Assembly: GCF_009914755.1 (NCBI RefSeq)
Contig: NC_060945.1
Direction: 5' to 3' (one strand)
Source of the DNA: the human T2T-CHM13v2.0 reference genome, Homo sapiens
DNA length: 64,000 nucleotides
The translations under genes were made by a program, and so were the position numbers. A model generated the notes under the pieces. The model did not search any database, had not been told where the DNA came from, and saw only the letters and a program-made list of their open reading frames with translations. Of this stretch, positions 1 to 15,010 are shown one piece after another; positions within the stretch are counted from its first letter, which is position 1; each line of letters starts with the position of its first letter.

Positions 1-218
1 GCGATCTCGGCTCACTGCAAGCTCTGCCTCCCGGGTTCACGCCATTCTCCTGCCTCAGCCTCCCGAGCAGCTGGGACTGCAGGCGCCCGCCACCAAGCCT
101 GGCTAATTTTTTGTATTTTTAGTAGAGACAGGGTTTCACCATGTTAGCCAGGATGGTCTCGATCTCCTGACCTTGTGATCTGCCCTCCTTGGCCTCCCAA
201 AGTGTTGGGATTACAGGC
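1..218 (-). mobile_element. AluY (runs off window start; about 20 bp of the 5' end missing)
   Basis: Antisense Alu with AluY diagnostics GCAAGCTC, GTTCACGCCATTCT, GTTAGCCAGGATGGTCTCGATCTC. Confidence 0.92.
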
Positions 219-229
219 CACTTTTTTCG

Positions 230-1640
230 GTAATGTTCCCTTTCTTTGGGACATATGTCAGGAATGGAATTGCTGAGTCATGGAGAAAGTTTATATTTAA
301 CTAAGTGCGCCAAACACTTCACAGATTCTTGATTTTTCAGAAGGGCAAGGGGTGGTCAGCACCCCCAAGATGGAGTATCATGAGGTCTAGGATTCTCTTT
401 GGTCCACAGGCTTACTCTGATTGATTCTGTGCCTGCCTGTTACAGGCAGAGAGACAGGGGCCTGGATTACCCATTGAACCTGTTTGTCTTGTAGATTTGA
501 ATTACTTATTTCACATAAAACGGGCAAAGATTTCCCCATGGATACTACTCAGATTTGAAACTAGTTTTTCCTAACGATGACATGGATGTCTTTCTCAGTT
601 AATGAATATATCTAATTCATCTCCCTTTTAATAACTTCAGGGAATTTCCTTTTACTTTGCTTCATTTTATCAACCCTTCAGTATTACACACGGAGGCTTG
701 GTTTTGGTTTTTCACTATGTAAACAATGCTGCAATGAACATCCCTACTCATGAACATTTGTATTCACTTGATCATTTTTCATCTTGGTGTAAAATCGTAG
801 GTGTGAAATTGTTCCAGCAAAATTCATGCACATTTTAATTCTTGATGTGCAGTGTCATTTCCCTACAAAAAGACTGTACCATTATATAGCCCCCAACACA
901 ACACATTAAAGTATCCATTTCTTCCCATTCTTGAACAATGCTTAATTTATCCATCTCCAATAATCTGATATTAGATTTTTTATTTTTATTCTTTGATTTT
1001 ATTAAAGTTAAATATTTAAAATATACAGTATTTATTGACCTTCTTCCTGTAAATTTCCTGTTTTTGTCTTTTGCAAATATTTTTCTATTACAATATTTGT
1101 ATTATTGTTATTTGTAAGACCTCCATCAGGGCAAAAATAGTACCATTGATGTGGATCTCTATTTCCCATTTTCTAGTACTTAGTAGCTGCTCAATAAATG
1201 TTTGCTGAATAAACATTAATATTTTGTCTGTCATATATTTTGCAGGTTTTTTTGTTTGCTTTAAAATTTTATTTCACTGTGCATATACATATTTTGATGT
1301 AATCGACAGGTTAGTCTTTTCCCTTATGTTTCAGTTTTCCTGTATTTTTAGTTTTATTTACTCCACATATTATAAGCATATTTGGTAACTATTTTATTAT
1401 AGTCCTTATATGGTTTTATTTTTTAGCATTAAAATTTTTCAATCCATATCAAATGAACTCAGTGAGATCAGTAACATAGGGTTCTGGCTTATATTTTTCC
1501 AGCCCCTTTTATTGACTGGTTTGTTGTTTTACACATAATGCTGCATTTATCTTATACTATATTTTATGTATACTTAGGTCCATTAAAAAATTCTCTATTC
1601 ATTTCCACACATTTATTACTTAGGCTATCTTTCTTATAAT
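230..1640 (-). mobile_element. Old L1M (L1ME-like) 3' fragments, with a short L2 3'-end insert near 1120-1215
   Basis: Antisense L1 motifs GGAATGGAATTGCTGAGTCATGG and AACAATGCTGCAATGAACATCC; L2 tail GCTCAATAAATGTTTGCTGAATAAA; patchy, boundaries approximate. Confidence 0.6.
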
Positions 1641-2350
1641 TTTAACTTTATTGACTTTGAAAACATAAAACAATCACATGACTCAAAATTCTAAAGAGTC
1701 CAAAGGATACACAGAAAAACGTTTCTTTTACTATTACCATATCAATCAGCCCTATGAACAAACTGAGCCCCGACTGTTGTTTTTTTGCTCTTTGTTTTTT
1801 TTAGACGGAGTCTCGCTCTGTCGCCCAGGCTGGAGTGCTCAGTGGCGTGACCTTGGCTCACTGCAAGCTCTGCCTCCCGGGTTCACGCCATTCTCCTGCC
1901 TCAGCCTCCTGAGTAGCTGGGACTACAGGACTGTTGTTTTTTAAAAATAGTATATTATAGGGATTGTTACGTATCTTACCTTTTGTGAAGCTTAACAGTA
2001 AATCACACTATGTCAATATAAAAGAAGCTTTTTCAGTTGTTCCATATTTGAATAGTCTCACGTTGATGGATGTTTAAGTTTTCCTAAACTTTTGCTGTTA
2101 AAAAATACTAGAATCAATAACCTTGTACAAGCTTATTTTGTACCTTGAGTACATGTGAAGAATATTTCCTAGAAGTGTGATTACTGGGTCAAAGGGTAAA
2201 TGCGTTTGGTTTTCTGACAGATACTAATATTGACAAATCACTCTTTATAAAGGTTGTGCTAATTTTCATTTCTACCAACAAGGGATCAGAATGACAACCC
2301 TCCATCCCCCATATACATACAGTGGGTGTTGTTTGGGGTAGTATTTAATC
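1640..2350 (-). mobile_element. L1ME-like 3' fragment interrupted by a truncated Alu
   Basis: TTCCTAGAAGTGTGATTACTGGGTCAAAGGGTA and AAAGGTTGTGCTAATTTTCATTTCTACCAACA resemble antisense L1M 3' sequence. Confidence 0.65.
1786..1928 (-). mobile_element. 5'-truncated AluY (right arm only) with TSD
   Basis: T-tail, then AGACGGAGTCTCGCTCTGTCGCCCAGG...GGGACTACAG; flanked by GACTGTTGTTTTTT at 1772 and 1929. Confidence 0.92.
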
Positions 2351-3134
2351 TTTGTCTAGGTTTTTTTTTAAAAAAATATCACATTATATAACAACTTCTT
2401 TTTCTTCTTTGGTTAAATTTGGAGATTTATAAGCTCTGAGACACTTCTATTTAAAGTATGTATGACATACACAGAAAATCTCTTTGTTTTTAATAAAAGA
2501 TGTGTTTACAGAAATAAAAATAAAATTAACTATAGACTTACCATTGTTTAATTAATACTATCCCATACATCAAATGGATTATTTCTAATAATGCCTTAAA
2601 TGTTTGAAAATTCGTGAGTTTCAACTCTGAGTTCACACAAGTTAAGATACATTTTAGTTTAGTAAATTAAGGTGTAATAGAAATGAATGAATGAATTAAT
2701 AAATAAATACACTTATAAATCAGGGAGTTGCCCAAGCTGTCTGATGTTATCTCAAGGGGTATTTTGCAGCTGAAAAGCTCCATGTAGGCAAACAGAAACA
2801 TCAAGTCATAAAATAAATCCTACTCAGGAAAAATCATAATTTGACTTAGGTTTTAATAATTATTATTGAAGTTGCAGCAAAACAAAACAAACCCAGGGTG
2901 ATTAGTCAATTCACAAACAATTCAGAAATGGTTCCCTCCAATACCTAGTTTTTCTGGTGCATTTTAAAATGTGTGATTATATTTTTAAAAAGCTTTCCTC
3001 ACAAAAAATCAGAAGCATCACCATTTTATAAAAATCGTTTTATAAATACTCACTGCTACAAGAAGATATCAGCCTAATGCCATGCTTAAGTTGAACTTTG
3101 AGGATTTATTTTGACTTTTAAAAACGCTACTTCA

Positions 3135-3438
<304 letters not shown>

Positions 3439-3547
3439 GCCCCCGAAAAACCCATTACTTCATTTTTGTTCATATACTTTTTGGTATCATACACATGGCA
3501 AAGCGCAGAAAGTGCGTGTTCCTTATGTGACAGCTTTTTGTTCCCTG

Positions 3548-4332
3548 GGCATAGATTCCCGTGGCTGCTGTAGCGAATGAACAGAAACTTGGTGGCTTAA
3601 TATAACAGAAACGTATTCTCTCACAGTTCTGAAGGCCAGAAGTCCAAAATTAAAGCATCCATTCCCAAGGCTTTATCCCTCTGAGAGATTGGAGAGATGC
3701 TGCCACAGTGAAAGAATGGGCTAGGGGACAAGCCTATATTGCCTCTGTCAGTTTCTGGTAGCTCCAGGCATTGCTGGACTGTGGCAGCATTACCCCAATC
3801 TCTGCCTTTGTCTTCTCCTTCCCTCTGTGTCTCTCCTCTGTGTGTTTTGGTGTTGTTGTTTTGAGACGGAGTCTCGCTCTGTCACCAGGCTGGAGTGCAG
3901 TGGCGATCTCCGCTCACTGCAACCTCTGACTCTCTGGGTTCAAGCGATTCTCTTGTCTCAGCCTCCGGAGTAGCTGGGATTACAGGCACACACCACCATG
4001 CCCAGCTACTTTTTGTATTTTTAGTAGAGATGGGGTTTCCCCATGTTGGCCAGGATGGTCTCGATCTCTTGACCCTGTGATCCGCCCGCCTCAGCCTCCC
4101 AAAGTGTTGGGAATACCCGCGTGAGCCACAGCGCCCAGCCTCAGTGTATCTTACATGGACACTAGTCATTGGATTTACAGCTTATTTGGAAAATGCAAGA
4201 TTAATGTCATCTCAAGATTTTTAGCTTAATTATATCTGCAGAAGCCCTTTTTCCAAATAAGGTCACATTCTCAGTTTCTGGGGGATTAGGATATGGACCT
4301 ATCTTTTTGAGGGCCACCTTCGACCCTCTACA
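3548..4332 (-). mobile_element. MLT1 (MLT1B/C-like) MaLR solo LTR split by an Alu
   Basis: GGTGGCTTAA..AACAGAAA..ATTCTCTCACAGTTCTGAAGGCCAGAAGTCC and TTTCCAAATAAGGTCACATTC. Confidence 0.85.
3845..4140 (-). mobile_element. AluSc-like, full length
   Basis: CTGTCACCAGGC one-base deletion and GGATGGTCTCGATCTCTTGACC diagnostics. Confidence 0.93.
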
Positions 4333-6356
4333 CCCCTATTCTAAATTCTATTACTGTAGTTATATTTTGCCTATCCCTGAACTTCATGTAAATGAAATCA
4401 TCCCTATATCCTTCTTGGTGTCTGTCCAGCTTCTTTCACCAGTTTGCTTTTTGTTAAAGAAATGTACACAGAAAAGTCTCTCTGGTATTGCCACAGTTAA
4501 TAAATTTCCTGTGAAACCAGAAAGTCTTGGGCAAGACATTGATGACTGTAGCACATGGAGGATAAAATCAGGAAGCTTCCTCAAAGCACTCGCCAGCCCA
4601 GCCTTCCCATTTAGGGCACCCTACAACAAAATCCTGCATTTGATCCATTTTAACTTGAGATTTCTCAGTTCTAAGAGACTCAGTATATAGGAATTAAACC
4701 TATCCCCAGTAAGCCTTCAGATAAGAGTGTCTCTGAAAGAATTCATTGATGGATAGCCTTGCTTTGAATAAGAATATCTTCACACTCACACTAAGGGTCA
4801 CTAAACCCTTTCATAGCTCTAGAGTCAGGCTTTTTCATTTATCTGAGATTCATTGTAATGCATTTGTTTCTTCCTCTTTAATGAATGGATATTGCTTCTC
4901 TCAAATTTAAATTTAGTTTCAAATACATATTTACGATGTCATTGTCTGTGCTCAAGCAGGCGATTTTAAGATGATCTGTAAGTATAACCAGGCAAATTCG
5001 CTGTTCAAATGAATCCTGCCAACATATTTCTCATTAATCCTGGGAACATGACAGGTGCATTTATTAATACAGAGGACTTAGTGTTAGAATGCCATGTCCT
5101 TTCTGACATACTAAGCCATTTTTAATTTGCTCTTATCATTTAAAGTCTCTCCTTTTCAAAGATATTAGATAACTCTACAGTGTTAAACATCATGGAGTGA
5201 TTTGGGGGCTCAAGGGAGAGCATCTTATATAAATGTTTTCCTAATTTTCAAAGGATCCAGGCACCACCCAAAATGGTAAGATTCATAGACTATCTGGAGG
5301 AGAGGGAGAGGGGAAGATAATTTTGTTTATTTAATTGATTCTCTGTAACTTTTCTCTTGGCAAGTATAGCTCACTAATGGACTTTGCACAGCACAATCAT
5401 TATTAGAAATGCCACTGTGACATTTGATTAATCCAGTCTATTTAGATTTCGAAGACAAATCATATATTTATCCTAATATAATTAATTACTATTTCCTCCT
5501 TTTGGATTTTCCAACGAACAGTATTTAGAGATATCCTTGACATTTTCATCTTTAGCCTATAGACGCACCACGATTCTTCATAGGTTAGGTCCATTCCAGT
5601 GTGATGCAACAGACATTTTTTGGTAGAACGCCAGGAACATTTATCAATCTTGCTAGTGACTTCATTTAAATTTTAATAAGTTATGCATTTCTTTGGTAAT
5701 TTCTAGTGCTGGAAATTGACAACAGGGTTTTATGGCTTCCTATTTTAGTGTCCCTCATTTTGTTCCTCGTTTATCCTGATCTCCCAAGAGAAATAACTTC
5801 TTAGGCACGGTCGAAGAATCTTTGTACGAAGTTTCTCAATTTGAGACAATATAATTACTTCTATTCATTCATTTGTTCATTTATGTAATCATTTGTTTGC
5901 TTCTTCGATAATCTAACAAACAGTTATAGGTGATAAAGATAAAAGTATAGCAGTAAATCAAAGAGACAGTCTATATCTTTCTAGAGCTCACATTTCAATG
6001 AACGGTGAAAGATGACAAAACAATTCCAAATCTATACAACATGTCAGATTGTGATAAGTCCCACAGAGTGAAATGAAGCAGGATGAGGAGCTTGGAAGGG
6101 CGAATTGTTATGAGAGTGATTGTGTTATTATACAAGGTGGTCAAGACGGGCATTGCGAAAAGACATTTGCAGATACCCAACGCCATGTGGTATCTGGGAG
6201 AAAGCATTCAGGCAGAGGATGAGCAAGCCCAGAAGTCTTTGAGCAGGAACATAGAATCCTAGAATGGAACCTAAGGAGGCCAGTGAGCACAGTTGAGATG
6301 GGATGGAAATGACTCAGAGAGTGGGTGGAAGTCAGATCACATGGTGTCTTATAGAC

Positions 6357-6868
6357 CAATGGTCCCCAGCCCTTTTGGCACCAGGGACTAGTTTTGTGGA
6401 AGATAATTTTTGCATGGACCAAGGAGAGTGGGGAATGGTTTCAGGATGATTCAAGTGCATTACATTTATTGTGCACTTTATTTCTATTATTATTACGTTG
6501 TAATATATCATGAAATAATTACGCAGCTTACCATAATGCAGAAATCAGTGAAAGCCTTGAGCTTGTTTTCCTGCAACTAGACAGTCTCATCTGGGGGTGA
6601 TGGGAGACAGTGACAGATCATCAGGCAGTAGATTCTTACAGGAGCCTGTAGCCTAGATCCCTCACATGCACAATTCATAATAGGGTTCACACTCTTATGA
6701 GAATCTAATCCCGCTGCTGATCTAACAGGAGGCAGAGCTCAGGTGGTAATGTGAGAATGGGGAGTGGCTGTAATACAGATGAAGTTTCACTCACTCACTC
6801 ACGGCTCCCCTGCTGGTGTGTGGCCCAGTTCCTAACAGGCCACATGGCCCATTGGTTGGGGACCTCTG
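6357..6868 (+). mobile_element. MER1A hAT-Charlie DNA transposon
   Basis: Terminal inverted repeats CAATGGTCCCCA / TGGGGACCTCTG; 8-bp TSD TTATAGAC / TTACAGAC; about 510 bp. Confidence 0.92.
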
Positions 6869-6931
6869 TTACAGACCACTGAAAATAATGGGTTTACTTC
6901 AAATGAACTGGAAAGCCATTGGAAGTGGCTA

Positions 6932-7578
6932 TGTTAAACCTTACCTGAGACCTGTGCTCCTTAATATCAGCAATGATGAAAGAAATCCCTGTACTCTTTG
7001 TCTTATTAGAAATGGCTTACTGCAAGAACCACCCTTCCCCATATGACTTAGATAAGGGTTGGGAATGACTTCCTTGTTTACCTAGGGCAAGGCCAGATGC
7101 AGACCTTCCAAATTCCCATTCTTTGTCTCATACACGATTAGCTGAACTATTGGTCCCCACTGACCAATCAGAACAAAATGCTTGTTAATTTGACTTAACC
7201 AAACTTCAATTAAGTTTCACTCTTCACCACAGGACCCTGAAATTGACTCACTTCTTAGGTTAAGCAAGTATTGGAGTCATAATAATCCCTCCTGAAAATC
7301 ATCTACAAAGAAAGATGTCTCCTGTTTAACTGTCCGATCAAGCCATCTGCTCTCCCCACTCCCCCATACCTGGCTCCTTCCAGGTTGGCTTACTCCTTTC
7401 TGTAAAAGAAAAGCTCTTTTCTGCCTGACCTTTGAATTGCTTTCATACCTCACGGAGTAAGCATTTTCCCTATTGCAATAGTACCCCTTCCCTTATCGCA
7501 GTAACCCTGTTATTGCAAAAGTCCTTTCAAATAAAGTCTCTATTTTCTTAAGTCCAGATTTGTTTTTTATTTGCTACA
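6932..7578 (+). mobile_element. ERV1-class solo LTR (MER31/MER67-like)
   Basis: TG...CA ends, CCAAT near 7164, CCCTATTGCAATAG, AATAAA near 7530, AAGTCCAGATTTGTTTTTTATTTG end; subfamily uncertain. Confidence 0.75.
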
Positions 7579-7889
7579 GGTTTTGAATGTAGGAGAGATA
7601 TGGATAATGGAGTTTATGAATAAAGGCTTTGGGTTGATTGCTGCATGGAGAAAAGCAGTAGAAACCTGTAGAGAAACAAGAAAGGTAATGGGGAAACCAG
7701 TGTTTATTTCCGTGTTGTGAACTTTAAAAGGGTATTTGTAAAATGCCTATAAAGTTTTAGTAAGAATTGATCATGCCCATAAGCTGTATTCAATGCTCAC
7801 AAATCAAATCTTTGTGAAGCTCATGAATAAATGAAGGTTGCTAGAGGGAAAGTTAAACTGAGTGACATGTTCACGTAAGTCTCCTTTAA

Positions 7890-8200
<311 letters not shown>

Positions 8201-8301
8201 AAGTCCCCTTTTATTATATTTGAGATACATATTACCAGTAAGAAGGCCCAATAAATGATACAGGTTAAGATGTTAATCATAATGAATGCCCAGTTTCGTA
8301 G

Positions 8302-9095
<794 letters not shown>

Positions 9096-9948
9096 GACAA
9101 ATCTGTGATATACTGATGCTGGAGATATCTCCCGATTAGAATTGTCTTTTCCTGCATTCCCAGGAGAAGAGGAGGAAAAAAAAAGGAGGGAAAAGGGTTT
9201 GGGGGCACTGAAGCCTGGAGAAAGAACAGTGCTTTATAAGAGTGGAGTCGTTCCTGTGGTTTAGTACTATGATTGCTGTTGAGTTCCAGCAAGGACCCTT
9301 TGGATTCAGCTATCCACATACATGAAGCAGGGAGAGACAAAGAAGAAGAAGGAGAAGGGAAGTGGGGGGGGAATTTAAATAGTATAGTTTAGGTAGTTCA
9401 ATGGGCCTGAAATAGTCCACGCATGATGTTGAACTGTATGAAAAGCAAGCCTCAAGACTTTTACTGGATTCTCAGCCTTGGCAAAGAAGGAAAATTTATT
9501 CTTAAGGTGGGCAGGCAATTGGTCAATGATGGCTTTCTAATAGTCTAGTAAAAGCAGTTGAAAGCCCTAGAGAAATGCTGACTACTAAGGAGTTGGAGGG
9601 CCTGATAAAGGAGAGGATGGAGATTACTGTAGAGAGGAAGAACCAAGATGAAATTTGCATATATTTGTTGAAATATTTTAAGCAGAAAACTCTTAAATAA
9701 ACTAATTTCTGAATATGAGCTTTCTGTGGGCCTATGTATTCATGATACTATAAATATAACAAATATTTACACATGTATTGATGGAGAGGACTGCAGGTGC
9801 AAATAAGAATGTTTGCTTTATATGCTGATTTAACAACATAATTTTTGTACGTTAGAATTTTTGATAAAAAAGTGGGTTTTAGAGTTTAATGAAATACTTA
9901 CCATATCAATTTTGGAGTTTAACCCATTTGTAAATTGGAAACTGACTG

Positions 9949-10068
9949 TTATGTGTGTGTGTATATAGTATATATTAATAAATAGTATATATGTCTATGT
10001 ATTGTGTATATGTGTATATGTATGTGTATATGTATATGTGTGGATATATATACACACATATGTATATA
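9949..10068. repeat. Degenerate (TA/TG)n microsatellite
   Basis: Direct inspection. Confidence 0.85.
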
Positions 10069-11298
10069 GCTTAGATAAGTTCAGCTTTTGAATTTACTGG
10101 AATAAGAGGTGCTTTCCCTTTGTTCCATCTGTAAAAGAAGAAAAGGATCCCCATGGTTGCCATGATTATATGACACAGATGGAATTATGAATTCAGTGTT
10201 AGGAAAGTGCTCATGATTACCATTATTTGAAATGTCTTGTGGGTGAGGTGAGAAAATTACTTCCTGAAGGTGCATTTACTCTCTCAGGGCACTGGTTTGC
10301 CATTCCCATCGTTATGAGGTAATTTCCTGAAAGGCACAGACTTCTCAACATGAGAAATCCTAGAGCATTGTCAAAAGCAAGTTTCATCCCAAGTACGCAG
10401 TAGGCACTCCATAAATGTATGCTGAATGGACAAAATTTGAGCAGCTGGTGGTGATAATTATGATTTAACTACAACCAAAATGTCCACTATGGTTAATTAA
10501 ATATGCCTGCTCTGAAATATTTCCTTTGCTTTGCTCAGTGCAACATGATGCATGGAGTTCCGAAGGCATGGTGTGGACTCACTGCTAGGTGATGGTGCAA
10601 GTTGCAAGGTACACCTATTCCTATTCATGATGCGACTTAGTATGAAAGTGACAGTACAAACGTAAACAACCTCATTAGCAGCTCTTACCAAATGTAAATG
10701 TATAGCACGAAGAGTAATTGTTTTACTGGGGAAAGAAAGAATATCTGCTTTTTTATTTTTAATTAGCTTCCTCAGAATACGGGAAGAATAATTTCCACTT
10801 TTGTCTCAGTAGCACTTAGTGCAATCAAAACTATTTAATGTCACTATTTTCTACTACCCTGTGTCAATTAATGCACCTTCATTGCACGTGAGCAAATCTG
10901 ATCCTCTCCCTCATACGCAGGCTGTGAATGAAAGCTGGTTCATGTAAATGGCCCAGAAAAAAACATATTCAGGAGGAGGATGGAGGAAAATTCTTCTCTA
11001 ATATGCACACACACTACATTGTTGACTGGGACCTAGCATGCAAGGCAATATAGGGTGTCTACGAGACTAAGCCAGATAACATGAACATGAGGCTATTGCT
11101 TGTGGATATTCTTGATAGGAACATTTTTTTGTGTGTGTAATGTTTAGGGCCATAGCCTTGGACAACCCCGTGCATTAATCTCTCACAGTATAGTCCACAG
11201 GAATGTTGCTCCCCCAAGTCCCATAGTGCCTAGCTGCTTCCATATGTAACAGCCCTGCTACAAGTTATGGCTCTTGAGTATATTCAGTGGAGTGCATG

Positions 11299-11420
11299 CT
11301 CTCTCTCTCTCTTTGTCTCTCTCTCCCACCCCCTACCCTGCCCCTTCCCCTTTTCCTTTTCCCCTCTCTGCCTTTTCCTTCTCCTCCTCCTTCTCCCCCT
11401 TCCTGTTTATTCCTCTCTCT
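11299..11420. repeat. CT-rich polypyrimidine low-complexity tract
   Basis: About 120 nt of almost only C/T. Confidence 0.85.
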
Positions 11421-12729
11421 GTTGGTTAAAGAGCATGGCAGAGAAAGACAGAAAGGAAAGCTGCCTTCCCCTACTAGAAGAGAAATATCCTAATAATGTG
11501 ACCATCACCGGCTAGCTAAATAATTCAGGTTAACTAGAAAGGGCTACTAGAAGACCAGCAAATTAGCTGAATTATAGAATAAGTTTGAAAATCATTGATT
11601 TCAAATAAATACATTAAATAAAGGCTCAGAAAATTTTGCTTATAGCGGTGCTCCACAGATTTGCTTTAAAAATGTATTTATAATTCACATGTAATTGTTT
11701 GTCTGCCAAGTGGGTGTGTTTTTAGGAAGCATTCCACGCACTTTGTTAACCTTCTTCACAAACTTTGCCCTCGTGGAAGACACAAAGGTCCATTTCAGCA
11801 TGGCTCTGTCCAAATTATGACAATTATTTTTTATAATAATGACATAAAGCTTGAAATGCAAATTTATGTACAAAATGTTTTAAAAAGACCTCATGAGAAT
11901 AAAAGGACTGTGTTTTCATAGTCCAACAACAAAAACCTGATTTTACTTCAAAAAGTGACCCCGATTAGTCATTTAATTTTACCAAAAATAGGATTTTGTT
12001 TGATAAGATAATTATAACTTGTTTTTCCCCTAATATTCCAGACATTTCATAATGATCAAATGAAATGACCACATATGAAAGCAATTTCTTTAAAAACAGC
12101 CTGTAATTCCCTAACAATTTAGTGCATAGAAATCATCAATTATTAAATTAATGGAGAAAAACGTATATTTTTAAATATCGATTTTAAATAACTGACTCAG
12201 TAGCACATCTCACTAAAATCCAGATCTGTACATGTCACTGTGTTAGAGAAACATTATCTCACTTTTAAAAGCCCAGCAAATATTTTCACAACCTTAAAAT
12301 ACTACTTGAGGAAGTTACTTTGGGTTTACAGTCAGCTATTATAGTTCTATAATTGTCAAGCTATGAAACATCATCATCATGGTTAAAAGTAAATGGAAGC
12401 AAAATGTACCTCGTTCCTTGTGGATCTGTGAGTTAACCAGTACATGGGACCTGCTTTCTGAATAGTACCTAGGCAGTTGCATATATTATGTGTTAGAAAC
12501 TGTTTTCTTTTTATGTACTGATTTTTCCAGGTACAGAATAATGTAGTTGGGTTTCTTGGGCTTTTGTGTTATTGTACAGTTTGTTTTTCATGGTAAAGAG
12601 AAAGTTGGGGAAATAGAAATATGTCTCTGAGTAACTAACTCATTATTGGTAATAATTCCAACTGGGATTTTGTCCAGAGACAACTAGTGAAAGAGGCTTC
12701 CTCTTCATTCACTCCATTTACTCTCCTGG

Positions 12730-12835
12730 AAGTATGATCATATAATTTATCATCCCAAATGACAGCATTTTTGAGTGCTGGTAAAACAGATGTAAATCAG
12801 AGATGTCCTGGGCAAACAGAATGTAAGGTCACCCT
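12730..12835. mobile_element. hAT-Blackjack MITE (MER81/MER94-like)
   Basis: ATCATATAATTTATCATCC... and TGTCCTGGGCAAAC..GGTCACCCT terminus. Confidence 0.65.
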
Positions 12836-12881
12836 GGCTGTCACTCAGGAAGCTCCCAAGCTTCCTGATGCTTTGCTCTAA

Positions 12882-13199
<318 letters not shown>

Positions 13200-14520
13200 T
13201 AAGATTGGTTAATTATCTATGATTTCTATTTTTCCCTGATCTTTTACACCAGTTCACACCATGTAAAATGACTTCCCTTTGAGCTATCCTTGCTGCTCAG
13301 GTTCCTGATCTCCCAGCAGCTGGTCTTCAAGCCTCTCTGGGTAACCTGTGATATCTTCATCAAGTATTCTCATTTTCTCCACACATTAGACCAATATTAT
13401 TACTCCTTTCTTATCCTATTGCCCCATATTGCTCCACCTGAATTAATGTAAACTTTTTTTATAATAGTTTCTCAGATGCTAATAATTTCAACAGTCTTCA
13501 AGACCACAACTAAAGAATTTCCCGAATACTCTTTATCCATGCTACTTGACACTTCCTACACAGAAATAACTTTTGATGACTCTGTGAACAGATAAAGGCT
13601 CATTACTTTTAACATTTTCTAATAATTTAATGTATTTCCTCTTTTTTACTTGCTAGCAAGAGAGTTGCATATCATGAATCTTTTCTTTTGATAGTGAGGC
13701 TATCAACTTTTTCTTTTTTTCTGCTTGTAAGTCTGTCTAACTTGTCTCATATTTGGACAATGAGCTTCTAATGCTGTCCAGGGTTGTCAAAATCATACTT
13801 CTTCAATTCATTTGCCTACTCCATGACTACTGGAAATGGCCACATTTGTACATTATCACCCTTAAGATGGACACAATTTGTTTATGTTTCTAATTCTTAG
13901 CTTTGTCTCTTGAAATAAAGGATAGGACTCAGTTATTACATATTCAAAATTTTGTGTGCATTTTGTCATTGCAGGCCTATTTATTAAGAAAGTTTATGAA
14001 AATGTGTCCACACATCTACAAGTTTCAGAAATTTGAATTATATCTCATTCTTAGTGGGCTAAATAATGTGGAAGAAATTAATGCTGACAGCAGTCATCAT
14101 CTCTTAGTCTTCATTCTATCCCCAAGGCTGAGTGTGGTTCTTGGGTCTTTGAAGTCCCTAGTTAATGTCCATTTAATGAATGGAGACCAAAGTAAAATTT
14201 GGAGAAAGACCTAAACTGCCCCAATCAATTTAATGATAACTGATACAGGTCAAGTTTATTGTTATATTTTAATTGTTAATTTTCACCATTGAGATTATAT
14301 AATTTTAATTACAGAAATTATATCTGTATAATATATTATACATTATATATTCTATTGCGTATCATATAAAATATTATGTAAGCTATTTTGTAACTTTAGG
14401 CACTCAGCAATTGATCTGATCTCTATTATAAGAAGTGCAGCGTATCTGTTTTTTTCTTGGTTTCCATTATTATACATAGTTAACAAAGCTACATCTAAAC
14501 CAACATTAAAACAGAATTTG

Positions 14521-14848
14521 GGATGGGTGAGGTAGCTCACACCTGTAATCCCAGCACTTTGGGAGGCCGAGGTGAGCAGATCACTTGAGGCCAAAAGTTC
14601 GAGACCAGCCTGGCCAACATGGTGAAACCCCATCTCTACTAAAAATACAAAAACTAGTTGGGTGTGGTGGTGCATGTCTGTTATCCCAGCTACTCGAGAA
14701 GCTGAAGTAGGAGAATCACTTGAACTGGGGAGGAAGAGGTTTCAGTGAGCTGAGATCACACCACTGCCCTCCAGCCTGGGTGACAGAGGGAGACTCTGTC
14801 TCAAAAGCAAACAAACAAACAAACAACAGAAAAAAAAAAAGAAAAACC
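14521..14848 (+). mobile_element. AluS (Sz/Sx-like), full length
   Basis: Both arms, (CAAA)n/A tail, TSD ACAGAATTT on both sides. Confidence 0.95.
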
Positions 14849-14976
14849 CACAGAATTTAGTTGGTTTCTAATGCGTTAGTACAAAAGTAAACATTTTAAA
14901 TAGCCATAGCAGAAGGTGAAACTTTCCTATTATCAGGAAATCAGGTAGCGGCTATCAAGCTGCCAGCAAGACAGTG

Positions 14977-15010
14977 TCCTTACCTGCAAAAAAAAGAGGA
15001 ATGAAGCTCA
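14977..15010 (-). other. Candidate juxtaposed 3'/5' splice site (recursive-splice-type motif)
   Basis: Minus strand reads CTTCATTCCTCTTTTTTTTGCAG|GTAAGG; junction at 14984/14983. Confidence 0.35.

Larger units (their letters stand above)
5862..7680 (-). mobile_element. L2 3' region split by MER1A and an ERV1 LTR
   Basis: ATTCATTCATT tail at about 5863; L2 motifs continue collinearly across both insertions (GTCAGATCAC..., GAAAGCCATTGGA, GGTTTTGAATGTAGGAGAGA). Confidence 0.75.

Noticed and set aside
5470-5670. About 65-codon open frame on the minus strand with a few CpGs
   Set aside because: No flanking splice acceptor and no recognisable homology.
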